From positions 1 through 64,000 of the forward strand of contig NW_015165300.1 in the NCBI RefSeq assembly GCF_001447785.1: a DNA stretch of 64,000 nt, read 5' to 3'. This document shows, piece by piece, positions 62,531 through 64,000 of the stretch (positions are counted from its first letter, which is position 1; every line of letters begins with the position of its first letter). The notes beneath the pieces were generated by a model that saw nothing but the letters and a program-made list of their open reading frames with translations, ran no database searches and was not told where the DNA came from. The position numbers and the translations under genes were made by a program. The DNA comes from Gekko japonicus. Taxonomy: Eukaryota.

Positions 62531-64000
62531 AGGGAGGGGGAGGCCCTGTCGTTTCTCCCGCGGAGAAGGACTGAGCAGAACCAGTGCCCCTCCCCCCGCT
62601 CAGATCTGCTGCTGCTGTGGCCCGGCTCCCTGCGGCGCCTCCTGCCCCTGCGGCGCCCGCCTCAAGGTGTCCACGGGCACGCGGCTCCTCTACGTGGCCT
62701 TCCACCTCTTGGCCTGTGGTGTCTGCTGCCTCGCGCTCTCCCGCACTGTGGTGGAAGCCATCAGAGAGAACGTGAGTGAGGGAAGAGAGGTCGTGGGGGT
62801 GAGAGCGGGGGGGTGGGGGCCATTGGGAGGGCAGATTGGCTGCTGTCCCCAACAGCGGCCCTCTGCTCATGCCCGGGGACCCCTTGCTCTTCACTGCACC
62901 TGATTGTTCCAGGCCCCTTTCTGCCCAGAAGCCCTGCCCCTGCCAGGTCCCTGGGATACCGCGGAGCTCGCCTCAGGCAGCCTCTCCCCAAATCCTCAGG
63001 TGCCTTTTTACGCGCTGCTCTGCGAGCCTCTCCCGGGGGGCACCAGCTGCAACCTCCTGGTGGGCTACTCGGCCGTCTACCGGGTCTGCTTCGGCACCGC
63101 CTGCTTCTACCTGGGCCAGGCCGCTTTCCTGGTCAACGTCACCTCCAGCACCAGCTTCCGGGCCCTGCTGCACAACGGGTGAGGGGCAGAGAGAGGGGGA
63201 GGGGGGAGGAGGAGGAAGACTCTGGGCAGAGGGGACCCCCAAGCCCTCGCAGTGGGGAGGGGCGAAGACCTGAGTTCCTCTAATCCCAGGGTCAGCCGGC
63301 TCCTTCATGGCCTGGGGGGGGGGGGGTCTCTTGCAGGTTCTGGTTCCTAAAGCTCCTCATCTTGGTGGGTCTGTGGGCGGCAGCCTTCTTCATTCCCGAC
63401 CAGCGATTCATCTATGGTATGCTCCCCCCCGTCCCCCGGCGCACGCAGTGCCAGGAACGCCTGCCGCGTGTCTCCTGGCAGGGCACGCCAGAGTCTAGCA
63501 GGGCCGCTCTCTGACCCTGGGGGACTGGGGGCAGGGGAGAGGGGCAGACGGGGGGGGGGGCTGAGCGGTGCTGCCTGTGGCTTTGCCCCCTGCAGCCTGG
63601 CACTTGGTTGGGGTCTGCGGAGGCTTCATCTTCATCCTGGTGCAGCTGGTGCTGATCACCGCCTTTGCCCACACCTGGAACAAGAACTGGTGAGTCCCGC
63701 CCCAGAGGGCCGCCCGGCCCGACAGGAGGAGGAGGCCGCCGGGGAAGGGGGAGGAAGGGGCTCTGGGGGTGCTGGACGGGGGAGGCCCTCCTAACAAGCT
63801 TTGCCCCGGCAGGCTGACCGGCGCCTCCAACGACAAGCGCTGGTGCCTGGCGGTGCTCCTGGCCACGCTGGGCTTCTACACCATGTCCTTCACGGCTTAC
63901 GCCTTCCTGTACAAGTTCTACACCCACCCTGGCGGCTGCGCCCTCAACAAGGGGCTGCTGGCGTTCAACGGCAGCCTGTGCCTCCTCCTGTCCTTTGTCT
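58282..64000 (+). CDS. SERINC4: Serine incorporator 4, 5' part (runs off the window)
   Basis: Clear exons 62604-62771 ([10 protein letters not shown]...TRLLYVAFH), 63000-63178 ([11 protein letters not shown]...LHNG), 63337-63416 (FWFLKLL), 63596-63689 ([31 protein letters not shown]), 63813-64000+. Putative upstream coding exons 58282-58308 (MAPTCCAAQ|gtaagc) and 62437-62478 are less certain. Paralogue assigned by synteny with HYPK/MFAP1 and by peptide similarity. Confidence 0.85.
59130..59740 (-). mobile_element. Degenerate L2-like fragment
   Basis: Motifs gcagagcgttccaccagg...ggccagg and ggaaggcagagccaccc, typical of lizard L2 3' ends. Boundaries are approximate. Confidence 0.4.
59747..60229. 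repeat. Fold-back inverted repeat (~130-bp arms, ~220-bp spacer)
   Basis: gtgtggcggaacaggcctgccctgactcacagaccctgt...ccacttcctcccactaggg (59747-59878) is the imperfect reverse complement of 60101-60229. Confidence 0.8.
61110..61315. mobile_element. MITE family A copy
   Basis: TIRs cattgttccctctaagct / agcttagagggaacattg, with a perfect TSD GTGGTGAC at 61102-61109 and 61316-61323. Confidence 0.9.

Overview
GC-rich vertebrate genomic DNA, most likely from a gecko or other squamate. This is inferred from the repeat content: Sauria SINE, a Squam3-like tRNA-SINE, CR1, L2, BovB, Penelope and many hAT MITEs. The window has 8 assembly gaps. Five intron-containing genes were traced exon by exon: FES (-, 2949-~16925), FURIN (-, 23707-38914), MFAP1 (+, 49007-52918), HYPK (-, 54428-56549) and the 5' part of SERINC4 (+, ~58282 to window end). 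The most striking observation is that the same SINE family has inserted twice, in sense orientation, directly at a 3' splice site (FURIN coding exon 4 and MFAP1 exon 2). Each insertion has a ~10-bp target-site duplication of the pyrimidine tract, leaving a competing upstream AG whose use would introduce a premature stop. Other notable points: the furin cytoplasmic acidic cluster has lost its CK2 serines; SERINC4 has a SERINC5-like first exon plus a 42-nt cassette; FES lacks the canonical ATG; and there are nested or modular hAT MITEs with clear 8-bp TSDs. Local frameshifts in FES and FURIN and a garbled HYPK exon 1 are most likely consensus errors. Orthologue comparisons are from recalled protein sequences, not database searches.
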